64,000 bases of DNA from Vermamoeba vermiformis. Lineage: Eukaryota. The notes under the pieces were generated by a model, which did no database searches, was not told where the DNA came from, and was given only the letters and a program-made list of their open reading frames with translations. Of this stretch, positions 13,901 through 27,598 are shown piece by piece. Made by a program: the position numbers and the translations under genes. Every line of letters starts with the position of its first letter. The first letter of the stretch is position 1. The stretch covers positions 124,001 through 188,000 of the forward strand of contig JBEWZL010000166.1 in assembly GCA_045837725.1 (NCBI GenBank), in the 5' to 3' direction.

Positions 13901-14127
13901 TCAGTTACCAAAGGAACTGCAACCACAGGAGACCAAAAAGATGCAGCAGAAACCAAGTACGTAGTTGATTCCAAACATCGTAAATTGCAGTGCTAATAAT
14001 TGTAGGAGAAACAAAAAAACAGCCCAACTTTGGCCTATTTGGTGGTGCAACTGCCAAAACAATTGCCAAATCAAGCGTGAAGCTGGCCAAACCAAGAACC
14101 AAGCCAGCCAAATCAGCCAAGAAGTAA
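10975..14127 (+). CDS. Crinkler/CR-effector-like protein: P-loop NTPase plus PD-(D/E)xK nuclease-like domain (multi-exon, possibly decaying)
   Basis: Spliced Walker A MVQIPGYGKT, Walker B ALFCDEVH, C-terminal KPDG...AAWQSK nuclease-like motif and a Lys-rich tail ending at TAA 14125-14127. The 5' exons and one internal intron (about 13079-13121) are uncertain. Confidence 0.65.
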
Positions 14128-14207
14128 TTTTCATCACCCTTCTTTTTCTGTTGTACGAAGCCAATTTGTTCGCATTAAATTTTTCACATTTGAGTTCTTT
14201 TATGTCG

Positions 14208-17127
14208 TCAGTTGTCCAACACAGCCAATGCTTTCCTCGAAAATAAATTCGGCAGCACAAAATGTCGCACAGGCATCAACAGCAACAGGATAATTGGCAT
14301 GACAAGCTGCACGTAGTCGTACGGAAAGAATCCAATCACACAGAGCACTGCGAGACAAATGAACTGCGTCAGAGTGAACAAATGGATCACTCGCTGTTTG
14401 ACGCGGCGAATGAACGATGTCGCGGGGTACGAATTCTGTTCAGTGAAAATGAGCTTCATGCGCTCAAAGAACTGATTGCCATCGAGTGACGTGATAGCCA
14501 TGAATAAGAATACGCCGTAGAGAACAGGAGCCTAAGTTAATGGTCAGATCTCTTCTTTTTTGGATCGGGCTTGAGAACTTACGGGAATGTATTGAAGTGG
14601 AATCGGGACCATTAATAACGATATTCCAATCATCAAATGCGATACTAATAATGTCAAACGAGTCTCGCGTGCCTTGACAACCCTTAAACGTAAGTGTTAG
14701 ATCTGCTAATTGCCCATGACTTGCACGTACCTTTCAACCAAATGTCCTTCAACGACAACTTTCTCGAGGTCAGCCAAAGCCTTAGCGTGAAGGGGTGAGT
14801 GCGGAATTGCTATAAAAGGAAATATGAGTTTTCACGAAAGAACGAAAAAGTGTCACGAACCTGCGTGTACCCAGGGTAAGCCATACAACGAGAGAACGAG
14901 GTTAATGATTGCCACGACGAACAAATCCCAATGATACGCTGAGCCCTTGCGCAGCTTGTTGCTTGGATGATTGGTCAAACGCGCTGAAACATTTTGATCG
15001 ACGAAGAATAAAATGCTGAGTGACAAGCCCAGCGCTGCACAGAGGAATATGGCCCACACTGGTGCATCGAGCAATGGCACAAAATTGAGAGGATTGCCAT
15101 CGCGATACGAGAACGGCGGGACTGAGAGAAAAAATGAGTTATTGCCTTATTTGGAAAGTGTGATACTTACGTGGAAGAGGTGCAAAGACAAATTGCGCAA
15201 AGATTGTTACCAAAATGACACCAATAAATAGTGCGTAATCAGCTAATAGACCTCGTATAGTATGCTTAAGTAGCACGCTGTATCGAAAATAGTATAATCG
15301 AACGCTGATCCAGGTCGTTGCGACTAGCAAGATGAAACTGAGCAAGAACTGGTCTTTGTGACATTCGGTCGTGCAGTTCCAAAACTCCGTCGCAAATTGT
15401 TCTCCGAGAGGTCTCAAACTGTCGTAACTGAACGCGACCACGATAAACATTGCAAAAGTTTCTTCGAGAAATCGTGTTGAAAATCGCATCAACGTGCTTG
15501 CGTCGGAAACACTAAGAATCACCAAAAATATCGAGTTCCATATGCCTGATAATATTTATTAGCAAAATTCTGTACGTGTATGAGTCTCAAAGTCAGATCC
15601 GGCGAGCGTAATTTTGTATCAGATCCAGCTGCATACCTGTCCAAGCAAACATTGGCAAAAACTCTACGCCATTCGAGATTGATATTCCATATATAACTTT
15701 TGTCAATAGAGCCAATGGTGCTGTTGAAAGTAACACGATCAACGGCTGACCGCCAACCAGTGAAAACACAACACCGCCGAACGCTTGAGAAATGATAATT
15801 TTCCGCACATCTATTGTCTTAAGTATTAGACCGGGACCTATTATAAATATACGTGGTATTTACCCATAGCGCCTTCAGTGTTCTGCTCGTAGAGTACGCC
15901 AAAAGCAATGACAGGCAAGAGTGACGCGAAGTACAAGAAAAAGATTGTCGAGATTGTTTTGGAGATTGTTCCTTTGCCAATAACACCTAATATAAAGTAT
16001 AATATTAGTATAATAATATACTAACTTTAAAAGTTAACTCAAAAGTATGAATAATAACATGTTTCGGATCTCTCTTGCGTATTTCTCATATCTTACCTTC
16101 TTTATAATCGGATAAATAATACTTGGCTCGTCGCTTTAAATCTCCTCTAATCCCGCCCAAGAATTTGCCAGTCCTTTTGAGTTCTTGGTTGACATCCACT
16201 TGGTCATGGTCGATCAACAACGTCTTGCTCGGATGTTCTATGCTCCTTAATCTCTTCAATATAACCCTTTAATAGGGCTTCAATCTCTTCAACAGACTTT
16301 GCATGAATTATTCCTCGTCGCAGCTCGTCGTTTGACAGCAACGATGCAAATGTTCTGCCAGTCTCCAGAGCAGACTTAGTCATTTTCTATTTGCACAAAT
16401 ATAAGCACAAATGTGATTATAAGGCATCGATAGTAATATCGTACCGTTTGTGCAGGAGCAGCAATGAAAATGACGGCGTTCACGTGATTGGATCCTTGTC
16501 GCGTGAATGCAGTGCCTTGATTGAATGTAACGAGGGCAACATAACGCTTTTTGAGCAGTATTGAATCGGAGAGAATGATAGAATAAGGCAAATAAGCGTC
16601 TCCTTCTCCGTAAACCTCGATCTGTCTTGAAAACTCTACCAAAAAATAACTAAATTAGGGAAACTGTAAAAATAATTGCAGAAAATATATTGGTGTAAAT
16701 TTCGTAAACTAGTTTCAAATTGTGTAATCACGAGACAAAACACATGTTGATTTGATCTGGCTTAAATACCTTCATTGACGACTAATACGTTGTTCTTGAT
16801 GTCGTCCTGAATATCCACTCCAATTTCCGTATATTTAGCGCCTAGTTCGGACAAGATCAGGTCCAGCAACGATGTCACATCCCGAGGATGATGATTGTGC
16901 AATATCACCGAATTCTTTCCTTCTGCCAAATTGATGACATCCTTAAATGCGCTCTCTTCTTCAAATGTACGAGCACTGATCGCCTGCACAACAAAATTTA
17001 GCAATGAAATGGATCGATCAGATCTTACCTTTTGATGTGTTAACAAATAGTATCTCTTTTTCTCGATATCATTGGTACTTTGAGACTCTGTTTCAATCAT
17101 ATTATCAATAAACAAAATAATCGGCAT
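14208..17127 (-). CDS. SLC4-family bicarbonate/borate transporter (SLC4A11/BOR-like)
   Basis: Family motifs FLYFASLLPVIAFG, GGQPLIVLLSTAPL, TRFLEETFA, LFFVDQN, KLRKGSAYHWDL, VKARETRLT and SLDGNQFFER. Confidence 0.92.
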
Positions 17128-17319
17128 TCACAAGCTTGTTAAAACCGTAAAGAGTACGAGATCTCCGTAGTTGTTATTATTTGCCTAGATTTCTCTGCCC
17201 GGCCGATTTAGATTATAATTTTATTATAAGTGGGGTATATTCACAAGAAGTTGGCCCTCGCTTGATTACTATCATTCATTAAGGGCTCGCTGATTTTGAT
17301 CTACAATTATTATTTGGTC

Positions 17320-19809
17320 TTATGCGGACTAGGCTGCAATAATCGTTGCCAATGCGCCAAATTAATATTCAGCTGCTCTAAGAATTGCGCTGCTTCAGGG
17401 AACTGGCTTGAAAACACCTAATTTTTAATCGATCAGAAACGGATCGTAACGAACAGAATCTTTGAACGTACCTCGTATAACGGGTAAACTAAATATGTCA
17501 AAAACCCTGTTTCTGATTTAGGCAAGTTCGCTGATTCTCGATCCATGAACGGTGACTGCGGAATTTTCAATCGTTTTTCTTCATCGCCCTGAAAATGTAA
17601 CGGCATGAGTATTTATAGGTTGTACTAATATTTATATAATATACCTGATGGAAGAACTCTTGTGTGATGCGATTGCACCAATTAATATGCAATGCACAGC
17701 TCTTAGCGGTGTGACCGAGATCCGCTAACTTCATGACCATAACGAGCACCAATTGAATGTCTTCTTTCTTCGAAGAGCTTAAGCCTGCTGTCGCTGACTT
17801 AGTTTTGAATTCTGATATTAATTTGAAGTGCTTGGTAATGTCCGTCGCTAACACCATTTGAATGATCAACTCGCGGATCTCTTGGTACCTATCATACGCA
17901 ATTATATTAATACATAAGGTGATTATTAATATGCTACTATAATATAGACCGTACATTTGACGTGGCATGCCTGCAAATATGTTACACTCTTTGTCTTGGA
18001 ATATTTTGAACGCTTGCGCGCAATGAAAATTCTCCAATACCTGCATTTGCAACGTAATTAATATACAATATTGAGTCAATGTGATATGCAATATATATAA
18101 CGTACGGATTGATCGTTATAAGTAATAGCCAGGTCGTGATCCGAGTTGATTAAAAATTGGTTGGTGAATCCAGGGTGAAGATAGTCGTGAATAATCGCCG
18201 CTAATAGCGCTGATAATACTCCAATATCACCTACAAATCTATTGTAATAATATGGTTAAGGAAATAAATGAGCTGGTTCAGTAATAAATTTTGACGGATC
18301 CGATCCAGTTTAAAATAAGGATACTCAGCTAAGCCACAATTGTTCAATATAAAGTTAACGCTTTGTAATACGTCACAAGCGTGCATATTGTTGTGATAAG
18401 GATTGCCAGGAGATCGATAGCCTTCCTCTATTCTCGTCAAAAAATTGAAAAATTTGTCTTCGTCGATGTTAAATTGTTCTAATAATCTCGCTTTCCTAAA
18501 TATAGCTACTGTAGTATAAAACAACGGTCGTCCTACAATTCAAACGTCAATTATTTCCTTTTTGGCCAATATACTATAAAATTTTTGGTACCTTCAGTAA
18601 TTTTCTCTATTTCAAATACTGGGAAGTCCCATTCGTCTAAATATGGCAATATTTTCTTAATAACATCGTCTTCTTTCCTAATATATTATACGTATTATTA
18701 AAAGTCCTTTGTTTTAAAGTTTCGCTAGCGATACTTATACTTACAGCTTATTCGGCCTTAGTGTTGGATCGCTTTTACTGTAAATTAAAATACCATTAAT
18801 AAGGGTCACTATAATATAATATGTTGCCTCGATAAAGTTTGGGACTGTATTATTTCAAAATTACTAAGGTCCACGTAACAGTCCCATAAGTTGAATCAAG
18901 GAGCAATAAAGGCTAATAGTGACTTACATTGCCTTGCGCGTTAATTTAATAATATTTTTATCGTTGCGTTGCCATTCTCGCGAGTTGGAATGATAAAGCA
19001 AGAAACTTTTCATGTCTTGATCTGCTAGAAGGCCACGTGAACATCAAATAGGCTGTTAAGGAATGAATAACGGTGTAATAAGATGTGATAATAATGATCA
19101 AGTAATCAATAGATTTTTAAAAACGATAAGATTGCGGATTCGTTGCAAAAGATCTGATCCGGACTTCTCAACGTGTTAAAAAGGATATCATTCGAGTTCG
19201 ATGAATTATTCGATAAGTTCTCGATAATCTTGGGTATGCTCGGTGAGTTATTTTCTGTTGATGAAAGAACACGGATCACAAAGTCGATATCCGCTTCGGA
19301 TTTGACTCCTTCTGCAAAATAAAGCCACGTTAGTAAAATTATATCGATCTGTGTTTCATATATCACTATAATGCTAATACTAAACGTATAAATATCTTGG
19401 TAAAAGTGAAAAGATACGATTCTTGTGACAGATCTCAAAGAAATAATTTGCTATATTTTCAGTCGCTCTTATAATTAACGATCATAGCATCAATATATAA
19501 TACTATGATCTTAGTTAAATTTAATAAGGTTAAAATTAAATTTCACTAAAGATCTAACCGTTACCTGAGGTAAATAAATAGCGCGTTATATTTAAAATAA
19601 TATGACATACCCTTTTTAATTTTTTCTAATATTTCTACAGCTTTAATAACAGGTGAGTCAATGGTAACTGGATTGACATTTGCGCGTGGAATGTTCGGCG
19701 AAGTCCTCGATCTGGGCCGACTAGGACTGCCAGGCCCAGGACTTGTATTATTTGGGTCCATATTTAAATTTAATCTTCTAATATTCTCTATCTCTGCGCT
19801 TTTGCTCAT
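17320..19809 (-). CDS. Class I 3',5'-cyclic nucleotide phosphodiesterase
   Basis: [50 protein letters not shown] and EFFHQGD motifs across exons. Confidence 0.93.
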
Positions 19810-20138
19810 TTTGATGCTCCGGATGTCGGCTAAATATTCAGCGCGACATTACAAGCGACAATAAGAACTATCGCCTTGCGTGATGTTAAATAAATAAAAT
19901 ATTATTATTACGACTGTCGCACAAAGTTTAAATTCACAAAAGATTTTTCTAGCTACTGCGGGGAGCGATAGTTTCTCAAATTTCTTGAAATTTTTCTGCC
20001 GACAATTATTAGCGCAAACCTTATGGCCATTAGGTTATTACCTAGTAGGTCTTAAGAAGCATTACAATAACAATGAGGCTTTATTATCGCGAGCAGATCC
20101 AACACGAACTTTTTTGACCTACGTAACCCTTGTTATTA

Positions 20139-21866
20139 TTACCACTTATCCGTTTTCTTCTGCGCATATAATTTTCTAGTATGCTCGTTCATATGTTCCT
20201 TCTTTTGTGGCCTTTCAAGTCGTGGATCGTACACAACGTACTGGTCTGCATCTTGGTTTCGTGCCATCGGATCCTTAAATTAATATCATTAATAAACAGA
20301 TATATAATTATATGCAATGCGTTACTTACAACGTCCTCAGGGTTAGCTTTGAAATTCAGAGGTTCAAATTTGCCTTCAAACAGATCCTTCTTCAACGTGT
20401 CTTCGTACTTATTCAAACTATTCAACAGCTAAGAAAACAAGATTGTTAATACGATGTATCATGATATAGGTCCCGGTCTTATACTTACATCATACTCGCG
20501 CTCTTTCTTGCCGACTTTGGCTCGTTTGTACTTGGCCATTCGTTCGCGGTACTCCACTGCTCCAGGCTTTTCTTGCTTTTCTCGTTCAACATCGTCTTCG
20601 CGCTCTTTTCTCTTTTTATTCAACTTAGCAATCTCCTTTTTCAACTCTTCTTCCTCCTTCTTCATGGCCTCCCTACAAAAAATTCGTTCGATCAGATCCG
20701 CTATTTTCAGCTCCTCGCGCAATATTTATTTAATATTATATGAAGACCTTTCTTACTTTTTATCATCAACAGGCTCTTCTTCTTTGTGTTCAACAATATT
20801 GTCCGTTTTTTGGCTCTTGTCTACTCGTTTAATTTTTGTTGGATTCGCACTTGCCGCGTGTTTTTCAAACTCCTCGTCCTCAATAGCCGACATTACTTTC
20901 TTCGGTACTGCTTGTTTTACTATAACTTCCTCTTCTTCAGCTTCGTCTCCGAATGACAGCAGTGCCATGTTCCTACCAAAAAATAATCATTAGATGTACT
21001 CATATTACCTTAATAGTATTATGTATTGCACGTACTTGACGCCCTTGACGACTGGTCTGTCGTCTTTAGGTTTTTCTTCGACTTTTTTCTTTAATTGTCT
21101 CGGCTTAATATCTTCAAACGGGTTCCATAAAATTTCTGCACTAATAATCTTTGGCGGATGAATAGGCCGTTCATCTCCATCGACTTCAAGCTCGTTAAAC
21201 TTCAATAAATTGTATATAGTGTCGCCTGTAATCTAAAATAAAATTCATCGTGTCAAATATTTTCTTGAGAAGGCTTTATAAGGTAATAAATATTAAAGGC
21301 ATCGCTTACCTTTCCAAATATGGTATGTCTTCGTTCCAAATCAGGTGTTTTATCGAGTGTAATAAAAAATTGACTGCCGTTCTTGTTGCGGCCACTTGAC
21401 GCGCAAGCTACCAATCCTCTGTGCGTAAATCTTAATCTACTATGAACCTCGTCTTCGAATGTCTTGCCGTATATTGATTCGCCGCCTATTAAACAAATTA
21501 TAAGCTAATGCAAAGAAAAAGGAAATATTTTTCTTTTCGATAATTTTTACAATATTATTAAATACAGTCCAAACGCAAAATAAATGCTAAAATTTTGTTG
21601 TATGTCGCATGTATAATATTAAATTATTTTTGGCGATTTTTTTTACCTTCACCAGTGCCTGTCGGATCTCCTGTTTGCACAATAAATTCTCTAATCACTC
21701 TATGGAATATACAGTCGTCATAATATCCTTCCATACATAACTGAACAAAATTTCTGCATGCTTTTGGCGCTTCTTTTGCCCACAATTCTATATCCAGATC
21801 TCCGATCGTAGTCTTCAGCACTACTTTGCCCTTTGTCATGGGCTCTGTCGTATATACGCTCGACAT
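20139..21866 (-). CDS. CWC27: Spliceosome-associated cyclophilin CWC27
   Basis: MSSVYTTEP..GKVVLKTTIGDLDIELWAKEAPKACRNFVQLCMEGYYD, NPFEDIKPR and LLSFGDEAEEEE. Confidence 0.93.
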
Positions 21867-22028
21867 TGTTGTTTATTGTTACTATAATATTTACTAATGA
21901 TTTTTCGGAGCCTGAAGCAGAAATTTTGTCGCGAACAAAACTCGATCAGGGAGGCACTTGAACTCACAAAAAAATTGGAGTTATTTGTTTATAGTATTTT
22001 GTATATATAGTCCACATAGAATATTACA

Positions 22029-23358
22029 ATGACAGACGTATCGAACGTAAATATTCCAGAAACAAATCCAGATGCTAAGCCACTCAGCAGACAAGATCTT
22101 AAGCTTATGGCACATATAGTAGACCTGTGCGTATCTGATTATACTAAATTATAATTCATATAATCGCTTTAATTCTATTTGTTCGGCCACGATCGCAAAT
22201 TGATAAACTCAATATTTATTTTAATTTATTATTGCCGTTAATTCGTGCCAAACTACTCTTAGTATAATATCTGTTATATATATGTTTTAAATTAATTTAA
22301 AAATATTATTTTAATTATTTTTCGTTGACAGGGCAGCTGGCTCGTGTTGGCGCAAGTGTCCGCGAGGGAAAACTTGGAATGAATGGCTTGAATTTCAAAG
22401 GTAATAATAATGGCTATATATTGTATACTCTATTATTATGGCTGGAATTTGTGCATCACCAGGTTGCAGATTTGATCAAGATCTGAACGTTACACGGACT
22501 TGCTTCGAAGTCTAATCGCTTTCACTATGCTTCAAAGAGTATACGTACTAATGCACTAAATAGATACAATATATTCGGCTTCTGGGCTCCAGATCCAGAA
22601 GAGTTTCAACGAACACATCCCGATCCCTTGCCTGACGATCACGGTGATTGCTTTATGAACTGCCTGTCTAAGTACTCTATATGGCACGATTATGTAAGTA
22701 TATTACTCATCTCTTATTCTCACGTAACAACGCTAATGATTATTCAATTCAGGTACGAAGGAAATTCAATGTCGATTCGAAGTATATGCCACGAGTGGTG
22801 ATGCGCATTGACGAGAAGATTGAACCATACGGTTTGTTGCATCCGAAGTCGTGGGAGACCTTCAGTAAGTAATACACATAAGAACGAGTTGATCGGCCGC
22901 AAGATCGCACTTAAATGTAAATTCCTTTGCACCGAAATTCTTCAACATTGGTGCATATAGAATACATATGCTATATTAGGCTGTTTAATCGCATTTGAGC
23001 CAATATTCTGAACTTTTTGTAACGGATTTGATCAGGAAGCTACTTCACCCGCAAAGAGTTCTTGCCGAACCACTTGAAAGAACGACCAATCACCGAAGAG
23101 GACGTGCCTTTGATGCCCTCAGAAGAAGCAGCATTGCGCAAGAAGGAAGAAGAGTTGGCCATGAAAGAAGCGGTCAAAGAAGAGATGTTCATTCAACATA
23201 TGGCCAACAACAACTTGAATGACCCTGAAGCAACTGCTAGTGATGAAGAAATTGATAAGGAGTTTGAAGCTCTTAAAGAGACGAAGCTCACTCAGTTATT
23301 TAACAATATGAGAGCGAGACAAGCAAAAGAAGATGCGAAGAAAGCCGGCAAACAATAA
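22029..23358 (+). CDS. Twin CX3C (small-Tim-like) protein with long C-terminal extension
   Basis: A five-exon model splices in frame. It contains CWRKC and CFMNCLSKY and an acidic, helical C-terminus (ORF 23062). Confidence 0.6.
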
Positions 23359-23532
23359 ATTTGAAAGTAATTTATTTAATGTAGAAATATTTCTATTATA
23401 ATATACGTATTAGATGCATTTTAATACCGAGACCAAGTGCGCCAATGTTGTCACGTGCCTGATCGGAACAATAACCGGACTTTTTCGTTTGTGTTGCACT
23501 TTCTAGAATACACAACGAACTACACTAGCACA

Positions 23533-25803
23533 ATGGAGATGGAAAGAAGACCGTTATTAGTTATCGATGGCCAGTCAATGACCGTCGATCTGCTCATGGA
23601 ATTGGGCCAAGGAAAGTATACGGTTGATCTCAGTCCCGAAGCATGGGAAAGAGTTTTAAAAGCGAGGAAAATGGTTGATGATATTTTGGCTGGTCATAAG
23701 ACAGTCTATGGTATTAATACTGGCTTTGGAAACTTCGCCGACGTCAAAATCTCGGAGGACAAAGTTGAGGAGCTGCAAGAAAACCTTATTAGATCCCATT
23801 CTGCCGGTATGGGAGAGCCCCTTTCGCCTCAACAAGTACGAAGACTAATGGCGTTACGAATTAACGTGCTCGCAAAAGGTACATCCGACATGTTTCAGTT
23901 TGAAAATTATTTTAAAAATACTAAAAATTATTTAGGCCACAGTGGAGTCAGCGAATCTACATTGAAAAAATATATTGAATGTTTTAATAAGGATTGCCTC
24001 TCTTATGTCCCTCAGGTAAATAGTTTTGCAAAGAGACACGTCTGGATGTCCGGTCAGATCAATTGAATTAAATACTAAATCGTACATTTATTATAGCAAG
24101 GAACATTAGGTGCTTCGGGAGACTTGGCTCCCTTAGCTCATTTGGCTCTCGGTTTATTGGGCGAGGGGCAGATGTGGAATCCAACCACTAACTCTTGGGA
24201 CGACGCTGCCAAGGTCCTTAAAGCGCACAATATTACCCCTATTAAGTAAGTCTCTTATTATCATCCCTTAAATCGATTGCGATTCAGTGACTGAGATCTA
24301 TGTGGATCAAATCTACCAGGGCTCGGACTATTTTTACCCACAAACAATATTTGCAGATAGTACATATACTACTATGACTAATTATCGATACCTATATTAT
24401 GCTTATATAACCTACAATGATTCTTCTGGAAGATTCGGATGCACACCTGTCACATCCGCTAAACTTTTTTACTATACCATGACCTATACTAATACTGTCA
24501 TATGGATAGATTAAAAGCCAAAGACGGCCTCTCATTAATTAACGGCACGCAAATGATTGTGGCACTCGGCGCTGAAGCACTACACCGTGCCGAAGTGGCC
24601 ATCCAAACTGCTGATATTGTTTGCGCGCTTTCAGTCGAGGGTCTCAAAGGTACTTCCTATAATCATAATATACCTATATGACTTTAAGACTATGTGACTA
24701 ACAACAGCTCGCGTCTACTAGGCACCTCCAAGGCTTTCAAACCTGAAATTCAATTAGCACGCCCGCACTCGGGTCAAATTCTGTCAGCCCAAAACGTGCG
24801 CCAATATCTCCACTCCGAGAAGTACCCCTCAGAGATCGCTGATTCACACGCTAATTGCGGCAAAGTTCAAGACGCTTATTCATTACGATGCACCCCTCAA
24901 GTACGTCACATCCGACAATAACTCACCTTCAGCCCTAATAATGGTATTATTATTAGGTCCACGGAATTGTATATGACACTGTTGCTTTTTGCAAGCGAAT
25001 TTTAGAAACAGAAATGAACAGCGCCACGGACAATCCGATGGTGTTTGGGGAAAAACAAGAAATTATTTCGGGAGGCAATTTCCACGGCGAATATCCCTCG
25101 AAGGTAACAGTCCTATTGACCATATAAGGCAATATTTTGTTAACCCCCGACAGGTCCTCGATTACCTCGCCATTGCTATTCACGAGGCTGCAAATATTAG
25201 CGAGGTACGTGTTTGACACTTTGACACCTTTCACTTTGACACGTGTCAATTAACTCACCTGTCATTCACAGCGCCGAACAGACCGCATGATGAACCCATT
25301 GACATCAGGTCTGCCTGCCTTCCTCGTCAAAGCCGAGTTGGGAGGTCTTCACAGCGGCTTCATGATTGCGCACTGCACGGCGGCAGCATTGGTCTCAGAG
25401 AACAAGACACTCGCGCACCCCGCCTCTGTGGACTCAATTCCTACTAGCGCTGGCAAAGAAGATCACGTCAGCATGGGTGGTTGGGCTGCCAGAAAATGTT
25501 TGAAACTTGTCGAGGTACGCAAAACCATCACAACAATTAGTGCTGCATTATCTAACAAATATAACCTTATCGTAGAATGTTGAAAAAGTGATCGCTATTG
25601 AATTGATGGCCGCGTGTCAAGCGATTGATTTCCTGCGTCCGTTGAAGACCACAAAGCCGCTCGAGGCCGTGCATGCGCTGGTCCGATCAAAAGTCGCTCA
25701 TTTGGACAAAGATCGTGTGATGAGCACGGACATGGCTGCAACGCACGAGTTAGTGAAAACTGGTCAAATCTTGGCTGCTGTTCGACCGTTCCTCGACGCG
25801 TAG
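23533..25803 (+). CDS. HAL: Histidine ammonia-lyase
   Basis: [21 protein letters not shown] (MIO-forming ASG), [24 protein letters not shown] and EDHVSMG. Confidence 0.97.
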
Positions 25804-26072
25804 ACCTAAATAAAAATTGCGACAATTTGTTAATAGACAACCACTTTGATAGACGACAACTTCAGTTGAGAAGCAACTTGCAGCAGGCAGAAAGCACCGC
25901 AAGCAGTCAGATTGGCTCTCTTGGTCAAATACGCCAGTCTTCCAGCTCGTGCACTGGTTATGAATGGTTTTGATGTTTATTATCTAGCGCGCTAATGAGC
26001 TATTTTCTGCATGAAATGTATCAAACTAGTAGATATTTATTCCCGATGGGACTAGGCACGGAATAAGCGTCC

Positions 26073-27322
26073 TTACACTCCTTGGTAAGTAGATCTACGT
26101 CTGTTTTTGACGCACAAAGCAATGATTACAATAACGAGCACGACGATCACGATGCCGAATACAATCAGCAGTGCAGTGGCCCATCGCGGGAGATTGTCAT
26201 TAGTGGTACCAGGAGAGATTGAAGGACCGTTGGCGGGCTCGCTGGCTGGTGTGGCAGGAGACGAGGGGAGTTCTAGCGTCGAATGTCAATTACATTGCAA
26301 GACGTCAAATATCTATCGGACTTACGTCTCCAAGTGAGAGTGATATTGCCCGACTTTTGACCAGCAATTCGGAGTGATACGAACTCCGTGCCTTTGACGG
26401 CCACGACAGGGGTGTTGACAGCTGTCAAAGTTAGTGCTTTACACAGACTAGAAGTTTAAACAAGCTTACTTTGATTGGCCGAGATCTGTCCCATCCAATA
26501 GATGCTTTCATTAGTGAACTGCCACGTCGGACAATTGCCCAATCCAGCGACAGCAATTGATACGTCTTCAGTTGAAGTAGCTTCAAGCCCCCAAGATTCG
26601 TTCTCGCTGACGTTCAAGTCCATCAAATAGAATCTGCTAGCAACAAAGCTGTCTTTGCCAGCATCGCCCACATTAATAACAACAGGATTGGTGTATTCAA
26701 ACGCGACGGCGTTTTGTACAAAAGGAACATCAACTATCAAGGTGTCAATGTTGGATGCAGATAAACTCAATGAACTTACTCGATCCAATGAGGCTTGTAA
26801 TGTGGCCTTCCTTAGCATCGGTGGTGCCATTAAAAGTTAGAACAGCAGTGCTGGGTGGTGAGGCAAACACGCACGGATCTGTTGGCCAACAAAATTAGTT
26901 AGTTCGAAGAAATTAATAGAATATAAAAATTATCATTCATTACCCACGACTTGGCCAATGGAGTTAAGAGCAGAGCCTTGAAAATTAACATTTGCGCTGT
27001 CCTGATTTTAAGGGTGATCTGAATTAATTTTCATTCAGATCAACGAACAGATATTTCTACTTGCCATAGAGATTATTAAGCTACTGTAGGATACCACAAT
27101 TTTATCAAGATTGAAAAAGGTGCCACCCGTGACATTTGTTACGATCTGATAAAATACAGCCTGTCTTTTACCGAATTGGTACGAGAGCGAGGGGTTATAC
27201 GGATCAGTCGTATTGTATTGGCTATCAAATGCAGAATCAGTGCTGTTGTAATGCAATTGAGCCCAGATCTGGCCAAATAAGCAGACAGAGGCAATTAGAA
27301 TAAGCTGTTGAATGCGCGCCAT
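26073..27322 (-). CDS. Type I single-pass membrane glycoprotein
   Basis: Signal peptide MARIQQLILIASVCLFGQIWA, several NxS/T sites, a Pro/Ser stalk, TM WATALLIVFGIVIVVLVIVIIALCV and a short tail KNRRRSTYQGV* ending in a YxxPhi motif. Confidence 0.75.
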
Positions 27323-27598
27323 GTGTTGATCTATTGAACTCAACAGAATAAAATGGGTAGTTTTGGAAACACCTTTTTTTGTCCTGTGTTGACATTGACT
27401 GACAGCTAAGGCACCTGACTATTGAATTTTGAAATTGATCTTTAATAAGACAAAATACTGACAGTGCTAATAATCGTAACTAGATCACCTACCATGAGGA
27501 TGCTCAATATCCATGGATATTTGTCGAAGTGTACACGGCAAAACGAAAAATCGCAAATTTACGGTTTTAGATTACAACAACATTATGAAGTTTATTCA

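Noticed and set aside
24287-24514. 75-aa Tyr/Thr-rich ORF inside HAL
   Set aside because: It lies in an intron bounded by GTAAGT and ATAG; the flanking HAL exons join without it.
25840-26030. Possible SECIS or snoRNA between convergent HAL and membrane-protein genes
   Set aside because: No correctly spaced AUGA/AA/GA core or C/D boxes, and no in-frame UGA in the neighbouring genes.
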